64,000 bases of DNA from Candidatus Omnitrophota bacterium (GTDB taxonomy: Bacteria; Omnitrophota; Gorgyraeia; Zapsychrales; Fredricksoniimonadaceae). Every line of letters begins with the position of its first letter. Position 1 is the stretch's first letter. Below are positions 1-7,988 of the stretch, piece by piece. A model generated the notes under the pieces. That model had not been told where the DNA came from. It did not search any database and saw nothing but the letters and a program-made list of their open reading frames with translations. The translations under genes were made by a program, and so were the position numbers. The stretch spans positions 9,249-73,248 of the forward strand of contig CAIUQE010000035.1 of NCBI GenBank assembly GCA_903901225.1, written 5' to 3'.

Positions 1-474
1 CTGATGATGCTCAACAATTCCGTGGCCAGCATCCAGGTGGGCGAGACCCGCTCATATGTGGAAAGCACCAACATGGAAACCACCCAGGGCGGCGCCACGA
101 TCACGTCCGCGACCCTTAACGAGGTGCACGGCGGCGTGACCCTCCAGCTCACGGGCAGCATTGTCGGTGAGGATGTGTATCTTAATGTCACGCCCGTGGT
201 GAGCACGATCGACGGTATCCGCACGATCATGCTGGGCGGCGGGAATAAGCTTGAAGCGCCGGATACCTCCATGAAAACCATGTCAACGCTCGTTCGCGTG
301 AAAGCGGGGCAGACGGTGGCCATCGGCGGGTTGATCACGCGCGACCGGACAAACCAGCAGCAGGGTGTCCCGTTCTTGTCCAAAGTTCCTGTGCTGGGAA
401 AGATGTTCTCTTACGAGGTGCGCGGTGACAAGCGCACGGAACTTGTCATTTTTATGACACCGCGCCGGGGGTAA
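1..474 (+). CDS. Secretin (GspD/PilQ/MshL family), C-terminal part; 5' end lies outside the window
   Basis: Secretin C-terminal motifs TLVRVKAGQTVAIGGLI, GVPFLSKVPVLGKMF and RTELVIFMTP; frame is open from position 1. Confidence 0.9.
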   Translation: MMMLNNSVASIQVGETRSYVESTNMETTQGGATITSATLNEVHGGVTLQLTGSIVGEDVYLNVTPVVSTIDGIRTIMLGGGNKLEAPDTSMKTMSTLVRVKAGQTVAIGGLITRDRTNQQQGVPFLSKVPVLGKMFSYEVRGDKRTELVIFMTPRRG

Positions 475-477
475 ATC

Positions 478-1515
478 ATGGGTTGTTATCTTTTTCAGAA
501 CGGGAATGTATATTTTGCGGCGCAGGGCAAGGCGGGGAGCCTGCGTTGGGACGAATTCCGGTCTTCCGATATGACGCACGACAGGCACGCGCATATCCTT
601 GTCCTGGAAGGTGAAGGCGGCGCGCGTTTTGAACTGGTGCGACGGAGCCGGGAAGTTTTCGGCCGCGGGTGCATCAGGACCCTGGCACCTTACGCAGAGG
701 GCCTGAGAGCGTATTTTCGCGCGCATGACCTGGCACGTCCTGACGAGAATTTCTTCGTGGCGGATGATCTGGGCGACAGGGTACTTTTGACAGTGTTCCG
801 GGGTGGCCGCGCGGCCATGACCCGGATGATCCCGTCGCAGGACGCTGTCGTGATCATGGATGAGATCCGTCGCACCTGCAAAAGCGTCCAGGAAAAGGAA
901 CCGGGTGTGGTGTTGCGGATCTTTACAAATCGCGCGGGGCTGAAAGATACTGTGTTCTTTGAAACGCGCTTCCCGGCGTTCGACGTCCTTGGCAAGGTGA
1001 AATTCCCGCTGTTAATGTTGCCTGAAGAGGCGGCGGAAATGAAAAAACGTGGCCGGCGCGTTGAATTCATCAAAGCGTGCCTGGCGGCTTTGCTGATGGG
1101 CGGGGCCGGTGCGGGTGCTTGGGGTTGCGCGGGCCATGCCGCGGCGGCCATCGATGCCCGGCTAGGCAGCCTGTCCCGGGAGCGCGCCGCGCTTGAAAAT
1201 GATCTTCGCTCCATCGGCTGTCGGACGTACCATTCCAGCGTGAAGCATTTGCCCTCGGTAAATTTCGCCGCGGTTTTTAGTGTGTTTTTGGATAACGTCC
1301 CGCCGGAAAGCCGGCTTGTATCCGTGGTGTTCCAACGCAGCAGTGACATGACATGGGATCTCGCGGGGACCGTCATGTTCCCGGGGCAGGAAATATATCC
1401 TTTCGCGGCGCGCGGGATATTGTCAGGTGCCATGGCCGACGATATTAACTACCAGGGAAAACCGGGGCTTAGGATCAGTCTGAAGCTGCCTGAAAGACGT
1501 GAGGTGGATAAATGA
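478..1515 (+). CDS. PilM/PilN- or GspL-like inner-membrane assembly protein
   Basis: PilM-like segment DLGDRVLLTVFRGGRAAMTRMI...DEIRRT, then one TM helix, a coiled coil and a periplasmic domain; directly after the secretin. Confidence 0.55.
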   Translation: MGCYLFQNGNVYFAAQGKAGSLRWDEFRSSDMTHDRHAHILVLEGEGGARFELVRRSREVFGRGCIRTLAPYAEGLRAYFRAHDLARPDENFFVADDLGDRVLLTVFRGGRAAMTRMIPSQDAVVIMDEIRRTCKSVQEKEPGVVLRIFTNRAGLKDTVFFETRFPAFDVLGKVKFPLLMLPEEAAEMKKRGRRVEFIKACLAALLMGGAGAGAWGCAGHAAAAIDARLGSLSRERAALENDLRSIGCRTYHSSVKHLPSVNFAAVFSVFLDNVPPESRLVSVVFQRSSDMTWDLAGTVMFPGQEIYPFAARGILSGAMADDINYQGKPGLRISLKLPERREVDK

Positions 1516-2003
1516 GATCTTTGGTGCTGGTAACGGGGGTGCTGGCCTTCGCGGCCGGGTTGTGGCTGGCCAGGGGGTTCCATGAACACTGTCAACAACA
1601 GTCCGTTGCGGCAAGGCAGATAGAGGCGGAGATACAGGATCTTGCGCGCAAGAAGGCGCTCCTGGAAAAACTGCCGCGGCAGGAGCCGGGCACGCTCATG
1701 CGGGCTTATGCGGGGTTTGTTAATGAGATTGGAATGATGGCCCGGTTCCATCATGTGACGTGGGGCGCCGTTGTCCGGGGCTTGAACGATGCTGACGTTC
1801 AAAAAAGCGCAATGCCTTCTGATATATCGGGCGTCAGGGAACTTGGACTGCAGGTGACATTTTCCAATTTCCCCCGGTTCGGGACCCTTTTGTCATTGCT
1901 GGACGCGGTATCCGATGTTGGGCATGTTTTTCCTGTTGTGGTGCGGAAGGTTTCTTTTGAAAAGGATTCCCTTGTGCTGGATGTGTCAGTGCTGGGGCCG
2001 TAA
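1512..2003 (+). CDS. PilO/GspM-like assembly protein
   Basis: N-terminal TM helix, coiled coil, small alpha/beta C-domain; ATGA-type overlap with the previous gene; operon position. Confidence 0.5.
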   Translation: MRSLVLVTGVLAFAAGLWLARGFHEHCQQQSVAARQIEAEIQDLARKKALLEKLPRQEPGTLMRAYAGFVNEIGMMARFHHVTWGAVVRGLNDADVQKSAMPSDISGVRELGLQVTFSNFPRFGTLLSLLDAVSDVGHVFPVVVRKVSFEKDSLVLDVSVLGP

Positions 2004-2015
2004 GGAGATGAAGGC

Positions 2016-2483
2016 ATGAAGAAAATGATGGTTGTTATTTTTTATATTGGGTTGATGATGCCGCTCGCGCGGGCGGGACAGAGTCCGGTCGTGGGAGAAG
2101 ATGAAAATCTTACGCGCATGCGCACGCAGGTCGAGTCCCAGCGGCGTAAGGAGGAGGAGCTTCAACTGTTGCAAATGGATGTCGAGCGGCTGAAACTTGA
2201 GGTTGAAAAGAAAAAAGCCGTCGCCGAGCTGGGGCAGTTGTCCGGCGGCGGGCAGGGTTCCGCGTCATTGACGGGGGCCGGGCCGTCCGTTGTCCTGAAA
2301 TATATTTTTATCAGTGCCGGAGATAAAACGCGGAAAGAGGCTGTATTTGATGTGAACGGCGTCCAAAGCCGGGCGCGTGAAGGCGGCGACGTCGGAGGAA
2401 GGCTGGTGAAGGCTATTGCCGCCCAAGGGGTCACTCTTCAGGCCAAGGACGGCCAGGAGGAGCGTTTTACCCTGAAAGAATAG
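2016..2483 (+). CDS. PilP-like exported pilus biogenesis protein
   Basis: Signal peptide, coiled coil and beta-rich C-terminus (AREGGDVGGRLVKAIAAQGVTL) as in PilP/GspC-HR domains; AAGGAG upstream. Confidence 0.5.
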   Translation: MKKMMVVIFYIGLMMPLARAGQSPVVGEDENLTRMRTQVESQRRKEEELQLLQMDVERLKLEVEKKKAVAELGQLSGGGQGSASLTGAGPSVVLKYIFISAGDKTRKEAVFDVNGVQSRAREGGDVGGRLVKAIAAQGVTLQAKDGQEERFTLKE

Positions 2484-2513
2484 TAGCGTTTTCCTGAATA
2501 CATGTTCGAGGGC

Positions 2514-2542
2514 TTGTTTTTTCCGAAGTCGTAGGACATACT
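2514..2542 (+). promoter_or_regulatory. Putative sigma70 promoter for the intergenic structured RNA/leader
   Basis: TTGTTT-17 bp-CATACT; predicted start (~2548-2549) coincides with the first helix of the structure. Confidence 0.35.
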
Positions 2543-2548
2543 TTAGCA

Positions 2549-2658
2549 GGTGGTCGGCCGTGAGCCGGTCGTGGGAGGGGAATAGTCCCGAATGGGTAAA
2601 CTTTTTCCTCATGCAAATTTGGGGGCTGTCAGAGCCCTCCCACAAAGACGAAACCACC
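2549..2658 (+). ncRNA. Unidentified structured RNA candidate
   Basis: Nested pairings: GGTGGT 2549-2554 / ACCACC 2653-2658; hairpin CGGC-CGTGA-GCCG 2555-2567; GTC/GAC; GTGGGAGGG 2571-2579 / CCCTCCCAC 2635-2643. No family recognised. Confidence 0.35.
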
Positions 2659-2802
2659 AAACTAGTAGCACATCCCCCTTCTCTGGCGCCCCCAATTTTT
2701 TCCCTCCCGTGCCGAGAGGCTAATAATAGTGAGAAGGAAATTGCACCGAGGCAACGATGGGCTCCTACAGAGCCCCGTGCCAAGGTGATATGAAAAGAGA
2801 CG

Positions 2803-2853
2803 CGGCAATCCATCCGGGGGCGAGACCTTCAATGGGTTGCCGTTTTCTTGTTT
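2803..2853 (+). terminator. Putative intrinsic terminator/attenuator upstream of modular protein 1
   Basis: CGGCAATCCAT...ATGGGTTGCCG 11-bp stem (one G:U, long loop) followed by TTTTCTTGTTT. Confidence 0.45.
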
Positions 2854-2946
2854 CGTCAGCGCTCCCGCTCCCGCTTGGCATTATTAAGAAATATATGTTA
2901 ACTTTTACTAGAGTGGTAGAGCATCTATCCCAATAAAGGATAAAAA

Positions 2947-5900
2947 TTGAAGAATTGTACGCGAGTGTTGCGTAAATTTATTGCCACCGTATTGATCCTG
3001 GCCTTCACGCTGATGGATCTGCGCGCCTATGCCCAGGGGGTGATCCCCTTGCCGCCGCCAGGCACGCGCCTGGCCCTCAGCCCTATTGTTGCCCCACCGC
3101 TGCTCAAGGGCATCAAGGTGTTCCGTGACGATCCTTTCCGTTTTGATTTTATCCTCGATAAAGGTGACGCGCCGTCCACGGATACGCAGGTTAAAACAGA
3201 TTCAACCCGCCTGATCAAATACTTCCTCGCCGCGCTCACAGTCCCTGAAAAAGACCTCTGGGTCAACCTTTCGCCCTACGAAAAAGACCGCATTGTGCCC
3301 GAAGCCTTTGGCCAGACCGAGATGGGGCGTGATCTTCTGGCCCAGGATTACATTCTTAAACAGATAACGGCATCAGTTCTCTATCCGGATGAGAAAACTG
3401 GCAAGGAATTCTGGGCTAAGGTCTACGCCGAAGCGCAGCAACGTTACGGCACAACCGACATCCCGGTGGACACCTTCAACAAAGTCTGGATCGTCCCGGA
3501 GAAAGCCACCGTCTATGAACACCAGGACGCCGCCTTTGTGGTCGAGAGCGGATTGAAAGTCATGTTGGAAAGTGATTACGTAGCCATGTCCCGGGCGGAC
3601 ATGAAGTCCGCCCCTACAACACAGGGTGTTGCTCTCATGAGCGTAGGGGAGGACCTTGTGTCCTCCCGTAACGAGATCGCAAAAAATGTTTTACGCGAAG
3701 TCATCATCCCCATCCTCGAAAAAGAAGTCAACGAAGGCAAGAATTTCGCCACGCTCCGCCAGGTTTACAACTCCCTCATCCTGGCCACCTGGTACAAGCG
3801 CAAGATCAAAGCCAGCATCATGGGCCGGGCGTACGTCGACCAAAAGAAAACCGCCGGCGTTGACATTGTTGACAAGAACGAGAAGGAAAAGATCTGGGCC
3901 CAATACGTCGAAGCCTTCAAGAAAGGCGCGTACAACTTCATCAAGGAAGAATATGACCCGTCCACGCAAACCACGATCCCCAGGAAGTATTTTTCCGGTG
4001 GGATGGATTGCTCGATGGAGGTGTTCAAGGTAAATGTAACAGATGCGGCTATGCCGGTTGAGGCAATTACCCCAGGACGTGACGTTGTTATCGGTGTAAC
4101 AGGGGCGCTGGAAAAGCCTGCCTTTGAAGAAAATTACAATTTGAAGACATCCGATCAGGACCACGCCATGTTCTCATCGGCGTTAAACATCAAATACAGG
4201 CCTGAGGTCGAACGAATTTATGATATTTACAGCCAGTTCATAAAGGATGGCGGAGGTTATGTATTGCCGTTTTCAAAAGAAAAAGCAGTGAAAAGATTAG
4301 ATTTTCGTTCAGCGGCGAAATCGTATTTTATTGCCGGATGTTATCTTGGTGTTGCCCTTGCTGTAGGTGGTATTCAGTATAGCCTGATACCGGATTCATT
4401 TTTTTTCCAAACAATTGGCAGTTCCATAAAAGTTCTTTCATTAGCGATGTTTTTTTATAAATCTTATACTTCTTTCCTGTACGGCGGGCTTCAGCCACTA
4501 ACTCATAAAGTTATCATGACACGGGCAACAGGTAAACTTGATGCTTTTCATGCGTATGGTATTTCTCATGAGATGGCCCATGTTCTGGAAATGCCAAAAA
4601 ATATTATATATGCTAATGCGTATGGTTTCTTAATGAGCAAGAAACTTGGCTATGAACATTCCAGCTATGATGAGAACATGGCTTTAATTTATGATTTGGA
4701 TATGTTTTCGTCTAAGAATCTGAATGACCATATCTGTCGTGGGCCGGGGTATGCGGTCGCCAATATTATTTTAAAAGAATTTCCCGGCACCTTGTCGGAT
4801 CAGGAGAGGTTGCTTAGAAAATTTCTTCAAGCAGTAGAAAGAAACGAATTTATGCTGGATGAAAGCATAAAAGATGCTTTGAAAAAGACACGATCAAGCC
4901 TGGAAGAGAAAGATTACTTTATAGTTGCTCCCAAACGTGAAAAAAGTTGGATATATCGATATGGGAACGGGATCGCTCAGCTGGCGTTACGGCATTACAA
5001 CAATGACGTTGACGCCGCGTTGCGATATATTTATCGGCTTAGTCGGCAACGGGATTCAAGGTTGGCAGATAAGCCCGTTGATAATGCTATGGAAGAAAAA
5101 AATGACGGCGGGATCAAAGATTTCAATGAAAAATCATTACTTGCCCCCCACCGCCTGACGATCGCCGAAGCCAGGGAGCGCTTGATCGACAGTTTAAAGG
5201 TCATCAAGGCGCATTATCCTGCTTTTCAAAAAGCTTGTTCCGATGGGCTTGAGGTTTTCAAGAACGAAGGAGTTAAGGCATTTGAAAGCAGATCTTATCC
5301 GGTGATCAAGGCAGAGGCCGATGCCCTTCGGGTCCACGTTGACGCGGTGAAGGCATTGCCCGCGTTATTGGGCTTTTCAGAGCCGGAAATGAAAGCCAAA
5401 CTGGATCCGTTCCTGCGGCAGATCGCTGAAGAAGCAAAAGTGGATAAGGTCCTTATTTCGTTCAGGACTGGTTTTTATTATGATTTTTCTTATACGAGCG
5501 GCTTTACGGATGAAGAAATTATGAATTTCAGATTACAGAACGATGAAATTTTCGATGTGATCTCTAATTCCGGAATTCAAATGAGTCCTGAGAAAATAGC
5601 CAAGGGGATGAACGCGTTAAGATCCGCGGGTATGGTTTCAGCACTCGACGTATCAACAGACGCAAAATGGTTGATCAAGATAGAGGATTCTTACATTTCA
5701 ATCGTTATCGGGCGCTCAGCGCAAGGGGTTTCATTGAATGGAGAGCTTACGGATAATGACAGGAAGGCTTTGGCCACGAAGTTGAACGCATTTGTAAGGA
5801 ATGGCCAAGCTCCGTGGTATGGGGTGAGGAAGTTTCTTGACGACAATCAATATAAAACATTTGACGATTTTATGTATTTCTTAAGGCACAACAGCGGGAT

Positions 5901-6819
5901 TGGTCCTTTAAAGGAACACATACTCCCGATCATTTATAATAATATTCCGGAATTGCTGAAAGGATCTCCCGCGCAAGACGGAAGGATTCAGCAGCGGGAT
6001 GATCACATTATTGGAAACATGGTAGAAGTATTAAAACAAACACAACTCCTTGGTAATGTGGAAACATTTTTGCAGTTATTGGAAAAGGGGGCTGAATTTA
6101 AATCTTGGGATATTTCAGGAGAAGTTCATCAGAGAGTCGCGTCATTTAAAGGGATGGCGGAAGACAAGAAGCTCAAGCTTGATATTTCCGGTCTCACAAA
6201 TGAAGCGCTGATCGTCCCTGCGTGCGACCTGAACTGGCTGGATGTGGTGGTGGATAATCTCCTTCAGAATGCCATTAAATATACATCGGCCGGCGCGGTG
6301 AAGGTTCGTCTTTCTAAAAAGATGATGCACGCGGAAGATCCTGATTTAGAACAAGCATTTGCTGTTCTGGAAGTCGAAGATACGGGCATAGGTGTTCCTG
6401 CAGATGAAAGGGTTGCAGTATTGGAGAGAGGATACCGGGCAACGAACGCGATCGCCGCTAAGATCAAAGGCACGGGCATAGGGTTGGATGCTGTTTCTAC
6501 TATTCTGCGCTTGATGCAAGGCGATATTACGGTTGAACCCGGTGAGAATGGAATAGGTTCAAAATTCATCGTCCGCTTGCCGCTTGTTCAAGATCCAAGC
6601 CAGGATCAAGCTGAGGTACCTTTACCCGGCGGCATCGACCTTAACCCGGCGCAACTTGATCTTAAAACGCAGAATTCCGGCGGCGAGATCGCTTTCAATC
6701 TTGACCCCACGTTGCTCGCCCGCCTGCAGAATGCTTCCGGCATTTCACCCGTGATCGTCAGTGTGCGGCCGCTGGACAGCATTTCTGCATTCATGGGGAT
6801 CCAGAAGCCTGTGAAATGA
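2947..6819 (+). CDS. Large modular secreted protein 1: conserved N-domain, HExxH membrane peptidase-like cargo, histidine-kinase-type HATPase cargo, C-terminal GGIDLN domain
   Basis: TTG start with AAAGGA RBS; signal peptide ending AYA-Q; N-domain and C-terminus align with 17180..21202; SHEMAH motif; N/G1/G2 boxes NLLQNAIKYT, VEDTGIGV, GTGIGL. Confidence 0.85.
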   Translation: MKNCTRVLRKFIATVLILAFTLMDLRAYAQGVIPLPPPGTRLALSPIVAPPLLKGIKVFRDDPFRFDFILDKGDAPSTDTQVKTDSTRLIKYFLAALTVPEKDLWVNLSPYEKDRIVPEAFGQTEMGRDLLAQDYILKQITASVLYPDEKTGKEFWAKVYAEAQQRYGTTDIPVDTFNKVWIVPEKATVYEHQDAAFVVESGLKVMLESDYVAMSRADMKSAPTTQGVALMSVGEDLVSSRNEIAKNVLREVIIPILEKEVNEGKNFATLRQVYNSLILATWYKRKIKASIMGRAYVDQKKTAGVDIVDKNEKEKIWAQYVEAFKKGAYNFIKEEYDPSTQTTIPRKYFSGGMDCSMEVFKVNVTDAAMPVEAITPGRDVVIGVTGALEKPAFEENYNLKTSDQDHAMFSSALNIKYRPEVERIYDIYSQFIKDGGGYVLPFSKEKAVKRLDFRSAAKSYFIAGCYLGVALAVGGIQYSLIPDSFFFQTIGSSIKVLSLAMFFYKSYTSFLYGGLQPLTHKVIMTRATGKLDAFHAYGISHEMAHVLEMPKNIIYANAYGFLMSKKLGYEHSSYDENMALIYDLDMFSSKNLNDHICRGPGYAVANIILKEFPGTLSDQERLLRKFLQAVERNEFMLDESIKDALKKTRSSLEEKDYFIVAPKREKSWIYRYGNGIAQLALRHYNNDVDAALRYIYRLSRQRDSRLADKPVDNAMEEKNDGGIKDFNEKSLLAPHRLTIAEARERLIDSLKVIKAHYPAFQKACSDGLEVFKNEGVKAFESRSYPVIKAEADALRVHVDAVKALPALLGFSEPEMKAKLDPFLRQIAEEAKVDKVLISFRTGFYYDFSYTSGFTDEEIMNFRLQNDEIFDVISNSGIQMSPEKIAKGMNALRSAGMVSALDVSTDAKWLIKIEDSYISIVIGRSAQGVSLNGELTDNDRKALATKLNAFVRNGQAPWYGVRKFLDDNQYKTFDDFMYFLRHNSGIGPLKEHILPIIYNNIPELLKGSPAQDGRIQQRDDHIIGNMVEVLKQTQLLGNVETFLQLLEKGAEFKSWDISGEVHQRVASFKGMAEDKKLKLDISGLTNEALIVPACDLNWLDVVVDNLLQNAIKYTSAGAVKVRLSKKMMHAEDPDLEQAFAVLEVEDTGIGVPADERVAVLERGYRATNAIAAKIKGTGIGLDAVSTILRLMQGDITVEPGENGIGSKFIVRLPLVQDPSQDQAEVPLPGGIDLNPAQLDLKTQNSGGEIAFNLDPTLLARLQNASGISPVIVSVRPLDSISAFMGIQKPVK
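3592..3668. repeat. In-frame doublet of 26-bp GTAG-type REP-like palindromes within modular protein 1
   Basis: CGGGCGGACATGAAGTCCGCCCCTAC (3592-3617) and GTAGGGGAGGACCTTGTGTCCTCCCG (3643-3668); related units at 10925-11013 and 17831-17907. Confidence 0.85.
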
Positions 6820-6837
6820 TCGAACGATAACGGGGCG

Positions 6838-7134
6838 TTATTTCAGGAACCGTCGAACCTGGTCGTGGTTGCCGGCGAGCATGGCGGTGAAGGCGAGGCC
6901 GTCTTTGCGCAGGACGAGGCGTAATTTTCCCTCAATGCCGGCTTCGTAGAATGGCCGGCGCAGTTGCTTGAAAAAGAACCGCGGCGCGATCTTTTGCGCT
7001 TCCGTGAGGTCGTTGTTCGTTGAGAAATAAGCCAGCAAGGCCCGCAGGGCTGTTTTGACGGTTTCTTTTTGCTGTGGATCAAGGCCTTTGACGTCGCGCT
7101 CGAAGGACGGGAGCCAGGCGAGGGTATACGGCAT
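6838..7134 (-). CDS. RelE/ParE-like type II toxin
   Basis: 98 aa, basic; N-terminus LAWLPSFERDVKGLD and C-terminal LAGNHD resemble RelE-superfamily toxins; directly downstream of an AbrB-type gene. Confidence 0.6.
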   Translation of the reverse strand: MPYTLAWLPSFERDVKGLDPQQKETVKTALRALLAYFSTNNDLTEAQKIAPRFFFKQLRRPFYEAGIEGKLRLVLRKDGLAFTAMLAGNHDQVRRFLK

Positions 7135-7137
7135 GGG

Positions 7138-7380
7138 CTACAGCCTTTCGATATCCCTGGCCGTTACCTTCTTCGCGGTGTTCTTTTCTTTCTGGTAGAC
7201 GGACTCCAGCCTGGCATATTCCTCATCCGAAAATATTTTTTCGACCGTTTCCAGCGGCACCAGTTCAAGGCGGTTGCCTTTGATATGGATATCAAAAAGC
7301 GCCCCTTCCGCGAGGTGCATTTCATTGATGAGTTTTTTGGGGATCGTGATCTGGTTCTTACTGGTCAGTGTGATGGTCAT
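7138..7380 (-). CDS. AbrB/MazE/SpoVT-family antitoxin
   Basis: TLTSKNQITIPKK...LELVP swapped-hairpin signature; AAGGAG RBS before the ATG at 7380. Confidence 0.85.
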   Translation of the reverse strand: MTITLTSKNQITIPKKLINEMHLAEGALFDIHIKGNRLELVPLETVEKIFSDEEYARLESVYQKEKNTAKKVTARDIERL

Positions 7381-7573
7381 GGACAGCTCCTTATTGTGGT
7401 ATAAGTTTACCATATATTCTGAAATTCCGTAAAGAAGAAAGTAAGGCTATGGAATTGGACTATCGGGTTGCGAACTGGGCCGCAAAATCCGGGTTGACCG
7501 GGTCGATTGAGGCGTTTATAGTAAAGGTGACTATTAATATATTTTCGATTTGTGCCATGAAATGGGGACGCAA

Positions 7574-7921
7574 ATGCGTAGTGAACGAGTGAGTTATAAA
7601 CATAAAAGCCTCGCCGCTGGCCGGTGGAAAGAATTGACGTTCTGCGCGCAAATGGCCAATATCGGCAGTGAAGTGGAACGCGCGCTCAACTGGCAGGCGA
7701 AACAAAATCCCGGTTACAGCCTCAAGGCGGTGGAGCGGGCGCTGGAATTGCTTGACCTGACCCTGGACAGCGTTGCGGGTCTGGCGCGGCGCAGGGAAGT
7801 TGCCCGTGTCCGCGAGGCGGTTGTTGATTTCTTTATGGGTTCCAACGAGTTTTGTTCGACGGACAAATCCTGGCGCGGATATTTTCTCCCCTTTACTTTT
7901 GCCGCGCGGCGTTTAAAGTAA
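7574..7921 (+). CDS. Conserved helical hypothetical protein
   Basis: Clean ORF with motif HKSLAAGRW...QMANIGSEVERA that I recall from other uncultured-phylum genomes; function unknown, start uncertain. Confidence 0.7.
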   Translation: MRSERVSYKHKSLAAGRWKELTFCAQMANIGSEVERALNWQAKQNPGYSLKAVERALELLDLTLDSVAGLARRREVARVREAVVDFFMGSNEFCSTDKSWRGYFLPFTFAARRLK

Positions 7922-7988
7922 TTCGCGATCGAACGTGACGTTCACATAGTTGAAGTAACCAAAAAAACACCTTATCAACGAGGTCCTC

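Noticed and set aside
2549-2660. Resemblance to 5S rRNA (GGAGGGGAA...AGCCCTCC), a tRNA/tmRNA end (ACCACCA) or known riboswitches
   Set aside because: Conserved 5S loops, a T-arm with proper acceptor stem, and riboswitch cores are missing or out of order; kept only as an unidentified RNA candidate.
2560-2793. 77-aa ORF in the intergenic gap
   Set aside because: No RBS or recognisable motif, and it overlaps the structured region.
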